In this document: in pieces, positions 35,551-44,606 of the stretch
Numbering within the stretch: the stretch's first letter is position 1
How the letters are laid out: each line of letters opens with the position of its first letter
Source: Anaerolineales bacterium
Lineage (GTDB): Bacteria; Chloroflexota; Anaerolineae; Anaerolineales; UBA11579
DNA: 64,000 nt
Direction of reading: 5' to 3'
NCBI GenBank assembly: GCA_040902265.1
Contig: JBBDXQ010000108.1
Location: forward strand, 1,706 to 65,705
Program-made: the position numbers and the translations under genes
The notes under the pieces: generated by a model
Seen by the model: only the letters and a program-made list of their open reading frames with translations
Told to the model about the DNA's origin: nothing
Databases searched by the model: none

Positions 35551-36443
35551 ACCTGTTGGATTGGGAACTAAAAAGGAAGCGTGGTTTGGGCCACCTGTTC
35601 CGCAAAGCCACTTTGGCTCCTTGGCGGGCATGGCGGCGCTCCACCGCGTTCGCCCGCGCCCTTCCAAATTTCCTCATCATCGGAGCGCAGAAAGCTGGCA
35701 CCACCTCGCTTTACGGGTATTTGTCCCAGCATCACAATGTAATGTCACCCATGAAAAAAGAGATTCGTTACTTCGGCGAGAACTATTTCCAGGGTCCCAA
35801 TTGGTATCGGGCTCATTTTCCGTTCTCATTCAGGTTGGCTAATGGAAAAATGATTACCGGGGAATCTAGCCCTACGACCATTTTCCATCCGCTCGCCCAC
35901 GAGTGGGTGGCGGCTACAATACCCTCGGTTAAGCTGATCGCTTTGTTACGCGATCCAGTGGCGCGTGCTTTTTCTCATCACCAGATGAACTTGCGCTCGG
36001 GCCGCGATCAATTGCCTTTTGAGGTCGCCATCCAGAGAGAGGCCGAGCGGTTGGATGGCGCCTTGGAAGGCGTTCTAAATGGTGATGATGAAGCTGTGTT
36101 TCGCTATACCAGTTTCTCTTATTTGGCACGTGGGGACTATGAAACCCAACTGAAACGTTGGGTCCGCGTCTTTCCGAAAGAACAACTATTAATACTACAG
36201 AGTGAAGAATTATTTCAAAACCCTGCCCAGGCTTATCGTCGTGTCTTGGCCTTTCTTGGGCTTTCAATGATTGAATTACCAAGCTACGATGCGTTTAATC
36301 CTGGCCGATACGATGGGGAGATCCCACAAAAAAGCCGTAGTTTCCTGACGGAGTATTTTCGCGAGCCCAATCAACGCCTGGCCGAATTGCTGGGACAGGA
36401 TTTCAACTGGCAGCCCGCCGCCAGTCTTGTGGAGGTCTTATGA
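35547..36443 (+). CDS. PAPS-dependent sulfotransferase
   Basis: 298-aa ORF with an ATGA overlap. 5'-PSB loop 'FLIIGAQKAGTTSLYGYL', 'KEIRYF', and the 3'-PB region 'LIALLRDPVARAFSHHQM' give a carbohydrate-sulfotransferase-type layout. Confidence 0.85.
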   Translation: MNLLDWELKRKRGLGHLFRKATLAPWRAWRRSTAFARALPNFLIIGAQKAGTTSLYGYLSQHHNVMSPMKKEIRYFGENYFQGPNWYRAHFPFSFRLANGKMITGESSPTTIFHPLAHEWVAATIPSVKLIALLRDPVARAFSHHQMNLRSGRDQLPFEVAIQREAERLDGALEGVLNGDDEAVFRYTSFSYLARGDYETQLKRWVRVFPKEQLLILQSEELFQNPAQAYRRVLAFLGLSMIELPSYDAFNPGRYDGEIPQKSRSFLTEYFREPNQRLAELLGQDFNWQPAASLVEVL

Positions 36444-37447
36444 ATTGGAAAGAACAGGTTGTGCTCGTTACCGGAGGAACAGGTTCTTTCGGCAGGGAAT
36501 GCATTCGCATCTTGTTGGATGAATACAAACCCTCAAAGGTGATTGTCTTCAGCCGTGACGAGCTGAAGCAGCATGAAATGCGCGCAATGGGGTTCGACCA
36601 AGTCAATCTGCGCTACTTTATCGGTGACGTTCGTGACCTTGGCCGTTTGAAGCGCGCTATGGTTGGGGTGGATGTGGTATTACATGCCGCCGCCCTCAAA
36701 CAGGTGCCGGCATGCGAATACAACCCGATGGAAGCCATCAAGACTAATATTCTCGGCACGGCCAATGTGATCGAAGCCGCACTGGAAGCTGGTGTCAGCA
36801 AGGTGTTGGCGCTCAGCACCGACAAGGCAGTCAGCCCCGTGAACCTGTATGGCGCCACCAAACTGGCAGCGGAGAAGCTGACTGTGCAAAGCAACGCGTA
36901 TTCTGGCGATCAGCCCACGCGCTTCAGCTGCGTACGTTATGGCAACGTTATTGGCAGCCGCGGCTCGGTGGTGCCCATCTTCCTGCGCCAACGCGAAAAC
37001 GGTAAATTGAATATTACCGACAAACGTATGACCCGCTTTTGGCTTTCACTCGATCAAGGTGTCCGATTTGTGCTCAACTGCGTCGAGGTCATGCATGGCG
37101 GGGAAGTGTTTGTGCCCAAGTTGCCCAGCACCTCGATCTTGGAACTTGCCAAAGTTATTGCTCCCCTGGCCGAACTGGAAGAGATCGGCATTCGCCCTGG
37201 GGAAAAACTACACGAGGTGTTGATCTCAGAGGACGAAGCGCGCACCGCCGTCGAATTGAAGGACATGTACGTGATCCAGCCGGCGCTGGGACCTTGGTTT
37301 GTGCGCTCCTGGGATCAGAAAGGCAAATCTCTGCCCGATGGTTTTTATTATGCTAGCAACGAAAACCCACAAAAGTTAAACCCGGCGGAAATACTAAAAA
37401 TGGTAGCTCCCTATGAAGCCGAATTAAAAGCAGGCAATCTGGCGTGA
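36440..37447 (+). CDS. pseB: UDP-N-acetylglucosamine 4,6-dehydratase (inverting), PseB type
   Basis: 335-aa ORF, collinear with Campylobacter/Helicobacter PseB: 'VLVTGGTGSFG', 'VFSRDELKQHEMR', 'YFIGDVRD', 'HAAALKQVPACEYNPMEAIKTNILGT', 'LSTDKAVSPVNLYGATKLAAEKL', 'RYGNVIGSRGSVVP', 'MTRFWLSL', 'HGGEVFVPKLPS'. Confidence 0.9.
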   Translation: MNWKEQVVLVTGGTGSFGRECIRILLDEYKPSKVIVFSRDELKQHEMRAMGFDQVNLRYFIGDVRDLGRLKRAMVGVDVVLHAAALKQVPACEYNPMEAIKTNILGTANVIEAALEAGVSKVLALSTDKAVSPVNLYGATKLAAEKLTVQSNAYSGDQPTRFSCVRYGNVIGSRGSVVPIFLRQRENGKLNITDKRMTRFWLSLDQGVRFVLNCVEVMHGGEVFVPKLPSTSILELAKVIAPLAELEEIGIRPGEKLHEVLISEDEARTAVELKDMYVIQPALGPWFVRSWDQKGKSLPDGFYYASNENPQKLNPAEILKMVAPYEAELKAGNLA

Positions 37448-38382
37448 CGCGCATTCTTATCACCGGAGCTAGCGGGTTGCTCGGTGTCAATTTGGCACTC
37501 GAAGCCGCAAAGCGTTATGAAGTCATTGGGTTGGTGAATACTCAGTCTTTGCACAACCCCGGTTTCCAGACCCTACACACTGATCTACTTGACCTCGAAT
37601 TAATTCCCATGTTAATCGAAGAGACTATGCCCGATTGGGTAATCAATTGTGCCGCGCTGACTGATTTGGACACTTGCGAGCGCCAGCCGGAACTAGCCAA
37701 GCGTCTTAACACTGAGCTGCCTGGCCGCTTGGCTGCAGAAACAGCCAGGCGCAACCTGCGTTTTCTACAGGTTTCGAGCGATGCAGTATTCGATGGTGTT
37801 AAAGGCGATTACCGCGAAGAGGATGCGCCCAATCCACTCAGTACCTACGGGCGCACTAAGCGACTCGCCGAGTTGGCTGTGAAGGCAGCCCACCCGCAGG
37901 TGCTGATAGTGCGCCCCAACATATTTGGCTGGAGCGTGAGCGGCACCCACAGCTTGGCCGAGTTCTTCTTCAACAACCTTTCGACCGGAAAACCGATACA
38001 AGGGTTTACCGATCGGCAATTCTGCCCATTGTGGGTCAACCATCTCGCTGCGATTATGCTTGAATTAATGGAGAAAAATACGCGCGGGTTATTCCACACA
38101 GTCAGTTCCGACGCACTGACCAAGTATGAGTTCGGCGTAGCTATTGCTAATCGGTTTGGCCTGGACGCCGCCATGATCAAACCTACCAGTTCGGAATCTG
38201 GTGATGCGCTGGCGCCTCGTGCCCTCAATTTGAACTTGAAGACCACAAACTTGACCAAAGAACTCGGCCGCCGGCCGCCTAGTGTTGCAGCTGGCATCGA
38301 AGGACTTTTCCAGCAATACGTTACTGGTCACCGCAAACAACTTCGGGCAATGGCGGGTTCACCCGAGGCGATGAAAGGCTAA
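37444..38382 (+). CDS. RmlD-like NAD(P)H-dependent 4-keto-sugar reductase (dTDP-4-dehydrorhamnose reductase family)
   Basis: 312-aa ORF. The GTG start overlaps the pseB stop. 'ILITGASGLLG', 'VINCAALTDLDTCE', 'FLQVSSDAVFDG..GDYREEDAPNPLSTYGRTKRLAE' (S...YxxxK). Confidence 0.75.
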   Translation: MTRILITGASGLLGVNLALEAAKRYEVIGLVNTQSLHNPGFQTLHTDLLDLELIPMLIEETMPDWVINCAALTDLDTCERQPELAKRLNTELPGRLAAETARRNLRFLQVSSDAVFDGVKGDYREEDAPNPLSTYGRTKRLAELAVKAAHPQVLIVRPNIFGWSVSGTHSLAEFFFNNLSTGKPIQGFTDRQFCPLWVNHLAAIMLELMEKNTRGLFHTVSSDALTKYEFGVAIANRFGLDAAMIKPTSSESGDALAPRALNLNLKTTNLTKELGRRPPSVAAGIEGLFQQYVTGHRKQLRAMAGSPEAMKG

Positions 38383-38384
38383 GC

Positions 38385-39449
38385 ATGCAGATCGATATCC
38401 AGGGTAGGCAAGTCGGTATAAAGCATCCGACCTACTTCATTGCCGATATTGCCGCCAATCATGACGGCGACCTTAAACGCGCCGTGGAACTGATCCGCCT
38501 GGCCAAGGTGGCTGGGGCTGATGCGGCCAAGTTTCAAAACTTCCGTGCTCCCAAGATCGTTTCGGATTACGGTTTCAAAGCGCTGGGCGACCAACTCTCA
38601 CACCAGGCCAAGTGGGAAAAAAGTGTTTACGAGGTGTATGAAGACGCTTCGATACCCTTCGAATGGACGCCCACTCTAAAAGAGGCCTGCGATGAGGTTG
38701 GTATCCATTATTTCTCTTCCCCCTACGATTATGAAGCCATCGAAATGCTCGATCATTACGTGGCAGCGTATAAGGCGGGGTCCAGCCTGATATCCTGGCC
38801 GCAAGCCATCGTGCGTATGGCGCGGTTTGGCAAACCTGTCCTGATCGCCACCGGCGACTCAGACATGCTAGACGTTGAACGCGTGATGGCCATGGTGCTG
38901 CCAGTAAATAAGGCAATAGTTCTGATGCAATGCAACACGAACTACACAGCCAGCGAAGGCAATTATGACCACTTGCATCTCAATGTGCTCACGACCTACG
39001 CAACCCGGTGGCCGGGTGTGATCCTGGGCCTTTCCGACCATACCCAAAGCCCAGCACCGGTGGTTGGCGCTGTGGCCTTGGGTGCTCGTGTGATCGAGCG
39101 CCACTTTACCGACAGCAACAGTCGTGAAGGCCCCGACCATAAATTCGCGCTCAACCCGGATAATTGGGCGCACATGGTGGAGGAAGTTCGCATCTTGGAG
39201 CGCTCGCTTGGCTCCTCAGAAAAATTTGTGGCCGAGAATGAAAAAGAGACCTATATCGTCCAACGCCATTGCTTGCGGGCATCCCGGATGGTGAAGGCTG
39301 GGGAAATATTCACCGAAGATATGCTTGAAGTTTTACGGCCGGCTACCCCCGGCGCAATAATGGCCTGGGAGCTATCCCGGGTCCTGGGCAAAAAAGCGAT
39401 GACCGATCTCCCATTTGGTAAGGAACTTCGTTGGGAAGATTTAGACTAA
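38385..39449 (+). CDS. NeuB/PseI/LegI-family nonulosonic-acid synthase with a C-terminal SAF domain
   Basis: 354-aa ORF. 'PTYFIADIAANHDGDLKRAVELIRLAKVAGADAAKFQNF', 'GLSDHT', 'VIERHFT'. C-terminal 'RASRMVKAGEIFTEDMLEVLRP' is SAF/antifreeze-like. Confidence 0.85.
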   Translation: MQIDIQGRQVGIKHPTYFIADIAANHDGDLKRAVELIRLAKVAGADAAKFQNFRAPKIVSDYGFKALGDQLSHQAKWEKSVYEVYEDASIPFEWTPTLKEACDEVGIHYFSSPYDYEAIEMLDHYVAAYKAGSSLISWPQAIVRMARFGKPVLIATGDSDMLDVERVMAMVLPVNKAIVLMQCNTNYTASEGNYDHLHLNVLTTYATRWPGVILGLSDHTQSPAPVVGAVALGARVIERHFTDSNSREGPDHKFALNPDNWAHMVEEVRILERSLGSSEKFVAENEKETYIVQRHCLRASRMVKAGEIFTEDMLEVLRPATPGAIMAWELSRVLGKKAMTDLPFGKELRWEDLD

Positions 39450-39462
39450 CCCTGCCAGCCAA

Positions 39463-40530
39463 ATGAAAATTCTGTATTTCAGTCGCAGCTATACTCCGCA
39501 CGATTTTCGTTTCCTCTCGGCAATCGTTGAAGGCGGCCATCGCGCTTTTTTCCTGCGATCTCAGCATAGTAACTCTTCGCGTATTCCCCCATTACCCAAA
39601 GGCACCGAGGAGGTGGCGTGGTCTGGATTTCTCGAGCCGGTGATCGCGCAAGTAAAACCCGACCTGGTGCACGCTGGGCCGGTGCCGTCCTGCGGCTACT
39701 TGGCTGCCAGAAGCGGGTTCCACCCGCTCGTGCTCATGTCCTGGGGCTCAGACCTTTTGTGGGAGGCGCGCCGGAACCCATTTGTTCGTCTGCGGGCTAA
39801 GTATGCCCTGCCGCGCGCAGACGTTGTCATTGGGGATTGTGACGCAATGCGTAGAGTCGCGATGGATTATGGTGCACACTCCAGTCGTATAGCCGTTTTC
39901 CCATGGGGAGTTGACCTCAAGAGCTTCAATCCCAAGGGTGGCGACGGGGGTTGGCGCGCCCGCCTTGGCTGGCAGCAGAACGTTGTTCTATTACATTTGA
40001 GAACATGGGAACCGCTCTACGATCCCCTCACCGTTGCCAGGGCTTTTGCGCGCGCCGCCCGCCAAGAGCCGCGCCTGCGCCTACTAATGCCCGGCGCTGG
40101 CAGCCTGGCTGGCAAAATTACCAAAGTTTTTGAACAACACCAGGTTTTGGACCGCGTGCATTTTCCAGGCCAGCTAAATCACGACGAGCTTCCGCAGATC
40201 TTCCGGGCGGCTGATCTGTACCTTAGCGCTTCCCTAAGCGACGGTTCCTCTGTCTCTCTGATGGAAGCCTTAGCAAGCGGCCTGCCAGCCTTGGTTTCTG
40301 ATATTCTCGGAAACCGCGAATGGGTGCAGCCTGGTAAAGAAGGCTGGCTCTTCCTCGCAAAGGATGATGTCGTGCTGGCGGACCATATCCTGCGCTCAGT
40401 AGCCCAACCCGATCAGCTTAAGCTTATGGGCGGGTTGGCGCGAAAAACTGCAGAAACTCGCGCCGATTGGGCTCAAAACAAGCAGGCGTTATATAGTGCC
40501 TACCATCTAGCTCTTGAGACAGCAGGCTAG
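39463..40530 (+). CDS. glycosyltransferase, GT4-like
   Basis: 355-aa ORF. 'LSASLSDGSSVSLMEALASGLPALVSDILGNREWVQPGKEGWL'. Confidence 0.75.
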   Translation: MKILYFSRSYTPHDFRFLSAIVEGGHRAFFLRSQHSNSSRIPPLPKGTEEVAWSGFLEPVIAQVKPDLVHAGPVPSCGYLAARSGFHPLVLMSWGSDLLWEARRNPFVRLRAKYALPRADVVIGDCDAMRRVAMDYGAHSSRIAVFPWGVDLKSFNPKGGDGGWRARLGWQQNVVLLHLRTWEPLYDPLTVARAFARAARQEPRLRLLMPGAGSLAGKITKVFEQHQVLDRVHFPGQLNHDELPQIFRAADLYLSASLSDGSSVSLMEALASGLPALVSDILGNREWVQPGKEGWLFLAKDDVVLADHILRSVAQPDQLKLMGGLARKTAETRADWAQNKQALYSAYHLALETAG

Positions 40531-40531
40531 C

Positions 40532-41290
40532 ATGGTGTCCCGAGTGGTTGCCATAATCCAGGCCCGCATGGCATCCAGCCGCCTACCGGGCAAAGTACTG
40601 GCCGATCTGGGCGGCCAGCCCATGCTGGCTTGGGTGGTGCGCCGCGCTAGCCGTGCAAAAGGAATTGACCAGGTGGTAGTGGCCACCTCCATTGCTGCTG
40701 AAGACGATGCAGTGGTTGCCTTTTGCAAAGAACAGGACTATGCCTGTTCTCGCGGCAGCCTTTACGATGTGCTTGACCGCTTTCGGCAAGCTGCCCAGGA
40801 ATTCGATGCTGAAGTCATCGTGCGCCTAACAGGTGACTGCCCGCTGATTGATCCCGGCATGCTCGCTGATAATTTAAACACCTTCCTTAGCGCACAGCCC
40901 CCCTTGGATTTTGCTGCTAATCGTTTGCCGAGTGATCGGACCATCCCCATCGGGTTGGATGCAGAATTCTGCACCATGGCCGCTCTGGAAACTGCCTGGC
41001 GTGAAGCGCAGAAGGAGCATCAGCGTGAGCATGTGATGCCGTTCTTTTACGAGAACGCCGACCGTTTCCGTACCCTCCACATTAAGCACCACCCGAATGT
41101 CGGCAATTATCGCTGGACTGTTGATACGCCCGAAGACCTTGAACTTATGCGCAAAGTTGTCACTTATTTTTCGGACGATACATTTTCGTGGCAACAAGTC
41201 TTGGCCCTGTTTTATCAGCATCCTGACCTTGCCAGGATAAATGCTTCGGTAATGCATAAGAGCCAATACGACGTAGATGAACGCCAATGA
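40532..41290 (+). CDS. cytidylyltransferase of the SpsF/PseF (CTP_transf_3) type: CMP-ulosonic acid synthetase candidate
   Basis: ATG 40532 lies 1 nt after the upstream stop. 'VVAIIQARMASSRLPGKVLADLGGQPMLAWVVRR', 'VVVATS', 'VIVRLTGDCPLIDP'. Confidence 0.75.
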   Translation: MVSRVVAIIQARMASSRLPGKVLADLGGQPMLAWVVRRASRAKGIDQVVVATSIAAEDDAVVAFCKEQDYACSRGSLYDVLDRFRQAAQEFDAEVIVRLTGDCPLIDPGMLADNLNTFLSAQPPLDFAANRLPSDRTIPIGLDAEFCTMAALETAWREAQKEHQREHVMPFFYENADRFRTLHIKHHPNVGNYRWTVDTPEDLELMRKVVTYFSDDTFSWQQVLALFYQHPDLARINASVMHKSQYDVDERQ

Positions 41291-42195
41291 AAAAAATGAC
41301 CATTTTTTCCACCCCCAAACCTTTCGTAGATCCACATATCGTCACTATCCAGCGCAACGCCATCCAGTCTTGGCTGCAGATGGGAACTGATGTGGAAGTG
41401 ATATTAATTGGCGATGAGCATGGTATGGGCCAAGTATCTGCTGAGTTGCAGGTCACTCATCTGAAAGGCGTCAAACAGAATCATCATGGCACGCCTCTAG
41501 TGAGCTCGATCTTTCAGTTGGCGCGCGATAGGGCTCAGGCTGAACTATTGTTATTTGCCAATACTGATATGGTTTTGTTTCCGGAAACGCTTGAGCTTGC
41601 GCTCACGGTAGCACGGCAAAATGACGAATTTGTGCTTCTGGGGCAACGCTATGATTTGGATGTTGCGCACCAGATGGATTTCTCCTTAGGATGGCCAGAG
41701 CGTTTGCGCTCCGAAGTGAAATCCCGCGGTCGCTTGCATCCCCTGGGTGGCAGCGACTATTTCCTGTTTTCACGTCACCTGTACGCGCATATCCCTGATT
41801 TTGCCATTGGCCGCGCTGGTTGGGATAATTGGATGATATATAAAGCGGTAACCCAAAGTTGGCCGACGATCGACGCTACCCGCGATCTGATGGTTATTCA
41901 CCAAAACCATGGCTATGCTCATTTGATCGAGGAAAAAGACCATCAACGCCATCCCGAAACCTTCGCCAACGCTGAACTGGCCGGCGGGATGCGCAGGATG
42001 TATATGCTGCTTGACGTGAGCTACCTGTTGTTGGATGGTGAGATTCGCCGGGCTCCATGGAGCCTGGCCCGTTTCTTGCGCGGCCTGGAACGCTGGTTGC
42101 AGCCAAACGAATTGGTTGGCCGCGGCCCGCGCTGGCTTTTATTGCGCCAGGTACGCCGCCTGCGGCGAGCCCTGACACATTCGGAGGGACATTAA
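41287..42195 (+). CDS. hypothetical protein (possible GT-A-like fold)
   Basis: 302-aa ORF with an ATGA overlap. 'IFSTPKPFVDPHIVTIQRNAIQSWLQ', 'LLFANTDMVLF', 'GGSDYFLFSR'. Coding is supported by operon coupling and the length of the frame; function not recognised. Confidence 0.45.
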   Translation: MKKMTIFSTPKPFVDPHIVTIQRNAIQSWLQMGTDVEVILIGDEHGMGQVSAELQVTHLKGVKQNHHGTPLVSSIFQLARDRAQAELLLFANTDMVLFPETLELALTVARQNDEFVLLGQRYDLDVAHQMDFSLGWPERLRSEVKSRGRLHPLGGSDYFLFSRHLYAHIPDFAIGRAGWDNWMIYKAVTQSWPTIDATRDLMVIHQNHGYAHLIEEKDHQRHPETFANAELAGGMRRMYMLLDVSYLLLDGEIRRAPWSLARFLRGLERWLQPNELVGRGPRWLLLRQVRRLRRALTHSEGH

Positions 42196-43170
42196 ATGCG
42201 TGTGGGTCAAAACCCGATTAAGTCAGTAGGGAGTGTTGAGCCACCAGCCCTGGTTACTGTGGTGGTGTTCAGCTCCATCCCCTTCCTTAGCGGCTATTTC
42301 TCCGAGAGTTTGGATGTTCTCAAACTTTGTCTATCCAGTCTACGTCGGAATACACGCGGAGAATTCGATTTGATGCTCTTTGATAATGGTAGTTGTGCCG
42401 CGGTTCGCAAGTACCTAATCGCTGAGCAAGACAAGAATCGCATTCAATTTCTAATCCTATCCGCGCGTAATATCGGCAAACCGGCGGCCTGGAACGCAGC
42501 CCTTACCGCGGCTCCCGGCGAATATGTCGCATATGCCGATAGCGACGTCTATTTCAATCCAGGTTGGTTGAAGGCTAGCCTGGATACGTTGAAAGCCTTC
42601 CCCAAAGCCGGCATGGTGACCGCCATGCCTATGCTCATCCCCGAAACATATTCCACGGCGACAGTTAAATGGGCAAAAAAGAACCCTGAGATCAAGCTGG
42701 AACGTGGCCATTTGCTGCCTTGGGAGGATTTCTGGCGGCATGCCCGTAGCCTGGGTGACACCGAGCAGCAAGCCCGAGCCTTTTACCAAGCAAACCCGAT
42801 AGTGAGAATCACATACAAAAAGAAACGTTTCTTTGCCGGAGCAGCCCACTTCCAGTTCACTGCCAGGAAAACAGTCCTTCAGCGTGTGTTACCTATTCCT
42901 GCTGAGAAACCCATGGGTAGAGTGCGTTTACTGGATGAGGCGATCAACGCCGCTGGATACTTACGGCTTTGTACCGAGGACTGGCATGTCCAACACATGG
43001 GGAATTTGTTGCCTCAAGCTTCCGATTTGATCAGTCCTGTACAAGTTCCTGTCCAACGCGCCAAAAACCGCGGCAAAATTGCGAAAATCTGGCGCTGGGA
43101 GCCGATTCGCAAGCTATTGCAATGGATCTACGGCTGGAGTTTCGATCGCCTGCACCGTGGCGGATCGTGA
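42196..43170 (+). CDS. GT2-like glycosyltransferase
   Basis: 324-aa ORF abutting the upstream stop. 'VTVVVFSSIPFLSGYFSESLDVLKLCLSSLRRNT..LMLFDNGS', 'YADSDVYF'. Confidence 0.6.
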   Translation: MRVGQNPIKSVGSVEPPALVTVVVFSSIPFLSGYFSESLDVLKLCLSSLRRNTRGEFDLMLFDNGSCAAVRKYLIAEQDKNRIQFLILSARNIGKPAAWNAALTAAPGEYVAYADSDVYFNPGWLKASLDTLKAFPKAGMVTAMPMLIPETYSTATVKWAKKNPEIKLERGHLLPWEDFWRHARSLGDTEQQARAFYQANPIVRITYKKKRFFAGAAHFQFTARKTVLQRVLPIPAEKPMGRVRLLDEAINAAGYLRLCTEDWHVQHMGNLLPQASDLISPVQVPVQRAKNRGKIAKIWRWEPIRKLLQWIYGWSFDRLHRGGS

Positions 43171-44606
43171 TGGCTAAGCATCGCATTTTCATTAGCGCAG
43201 ATCATGGTCTGGCGATAGTATATTTTCTGCAAAGCGACGTACTTACTACTTTACTTGTAGATGATGTAGAAGTTGTGCTGCTCACCGACGACGCCCTTGC
43301 CGATCACATCCGCGAGCGATTTGGCCGGCCAGGCCTGACTATTGAGGGCCTTCGTTTATCGAAGGCCCAGGATTATTTCAAACAGGTTTCCCCTTCGCGC
43401 CAGTGGTGGCTGGATTTCTTGCGTCGTGCCGGTGCCTCCAACCAAATCAACCTCGAGGCAGTGGAAAGCTATGTCTCCCAGGTGAAAGCGGAAGCCAACC
43501 CCCGCCGCAAGCTGTTCTTCCCCTTGATGCAACTAGTGGTGGCCGTGTTGCGCCGCTCGCGCCAGGCGCGGTCGGCTTTGCTGGGTGCCCAGATGCGCTT
43601 CACTCCTAACCTCTACGCAGATCTCTTCGAAAAGTATCAGCCCGGCCTGGTAGTAGCCAGCACACCTGGCTGGCGTTTTGATCGATACCTTCTGCGTGAA
43701 GCCAATGCTCGCAATATCCCCACCGCTTCGGTAATTGTCGGTTGGGATAACAGCAGCAGTTATAGCTTGCCGGGCGCTCCCGTGGATTGGGTCACTTGCT
43801 GGTCGCAGATCCAAAAAGAAGAGCTGGAACATGGTTCCGACTGGTCTGCAGAGCGTGTCAATATCGGCGGTATCCCCATTTACGATGGCTATTTCAAAAA
43901 TGAATGGGTATTGTCCCGCGACCAATATTTCAAACAACATGGCCTGGACCCTAACCGGAAATTGATCTCATACGCCAGTAGCTTTATCACCTTTTCTCCC
44001 AATATTCAAAATATAGAAGCGCTTGCCGAATTAGTTTCCAGTAACAAACTAGCCGCGCCTAGCCAATTGCTGGTGCGTTTGCACCCCAACCATTTTATGG
44101 ATGTGCATCGCTTTGCTGCCGAGCGCGAAAAGATCCGCACCTTGGCCGAAAAGCTGCCACATGTTAACGTCGTCGAACCTGTGCCCCTAGGAGGCTCTTT
44201 GGGCTATTATTCGGGCGAGGACATGCCCGAGAAATCTTCGATGATGGCTTATTCTGATGTGTTTGTCACTGTCTATTCCACCATGGTGGTGGAAGCCGCT
44301 GTTCACCAGCGGCCGGTGGTGAGCGCTTGCATTGATTCAATTGTGGGGTGGCCTGGGAAATTCACCATACCGCTTTCACGCATCGGCGATTGGCCTACTC
44401 ATTCTCGTTTCCGCAATTCGGGAGCCGGCCGTGTCGTCTATACCAAGGCGGAGTTAGCAGACACCATAAATTTTTATCTGATCAATCCGCAAGCCGGGAA
44501 GGAAGAGCGCCGCGCTTTCATTGAGCGCGAATGTACTTTCACGGAGGGCAGCGCTGGCCGGCGCACCGGTGAATATCTGCTCTCCCGAATAGGGAAACGC
44601 GCATGA
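43170..44606 (+). CDS. GT-B-like polysaccharide biosynthesis protein of unknown specificity (distantly similar layout to 33104/54937)
   Basis: ATG 43170 shares 1 nt with the upstream TGA; the track ORF's 67 upstream codons overlap the GT2 gene. 'LISYASSF', 'LLVRLHPNHF', 'MAYSDVFVTVYSTMVVEAAVHQRPVVSA'. Confidence 0.45.
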   Translation: MAKHRIFISADHGLAIVYFLQSDVLTTLLVDDVEVVLLTDDALADHIRERFGRPGLTIEGLRLSKAQDYFKQVSPSRQWWLDFLRRAGASNQINLEAVESYVSQVKAEANPRRKLFFPLMQLVVAVLRRSRQARSALLGAQMRFTPNLYADLFEKYQPGLVVASTPGWRFDRYLLREANARNIPTASVIVGWDNSSSYSLPGAPVDWVTCWSQIQKEELEHGSDWSAERVNIGGIPIYDGYFKNEWVLSRDQYFKQHGLDPNRKLISYASSFITFSPNIQNIEALAELVSSNKLAAPSQLLVRLHPNHFMDVHRFAAEREKIRTLAEKLPHVNVVEPVPLGGSLGYYSGEDMPEKSSMMAYSDVFVTVYSTMVVEAAVHQRPVVSACIDSIVGWPGKFTIPLSRIGDWPTHSRFRNSGAGRVVYTKAELADTINFYLINPQAGKEERRAFIERECTFTEGSAGRRTGEYLLSRIGKRA

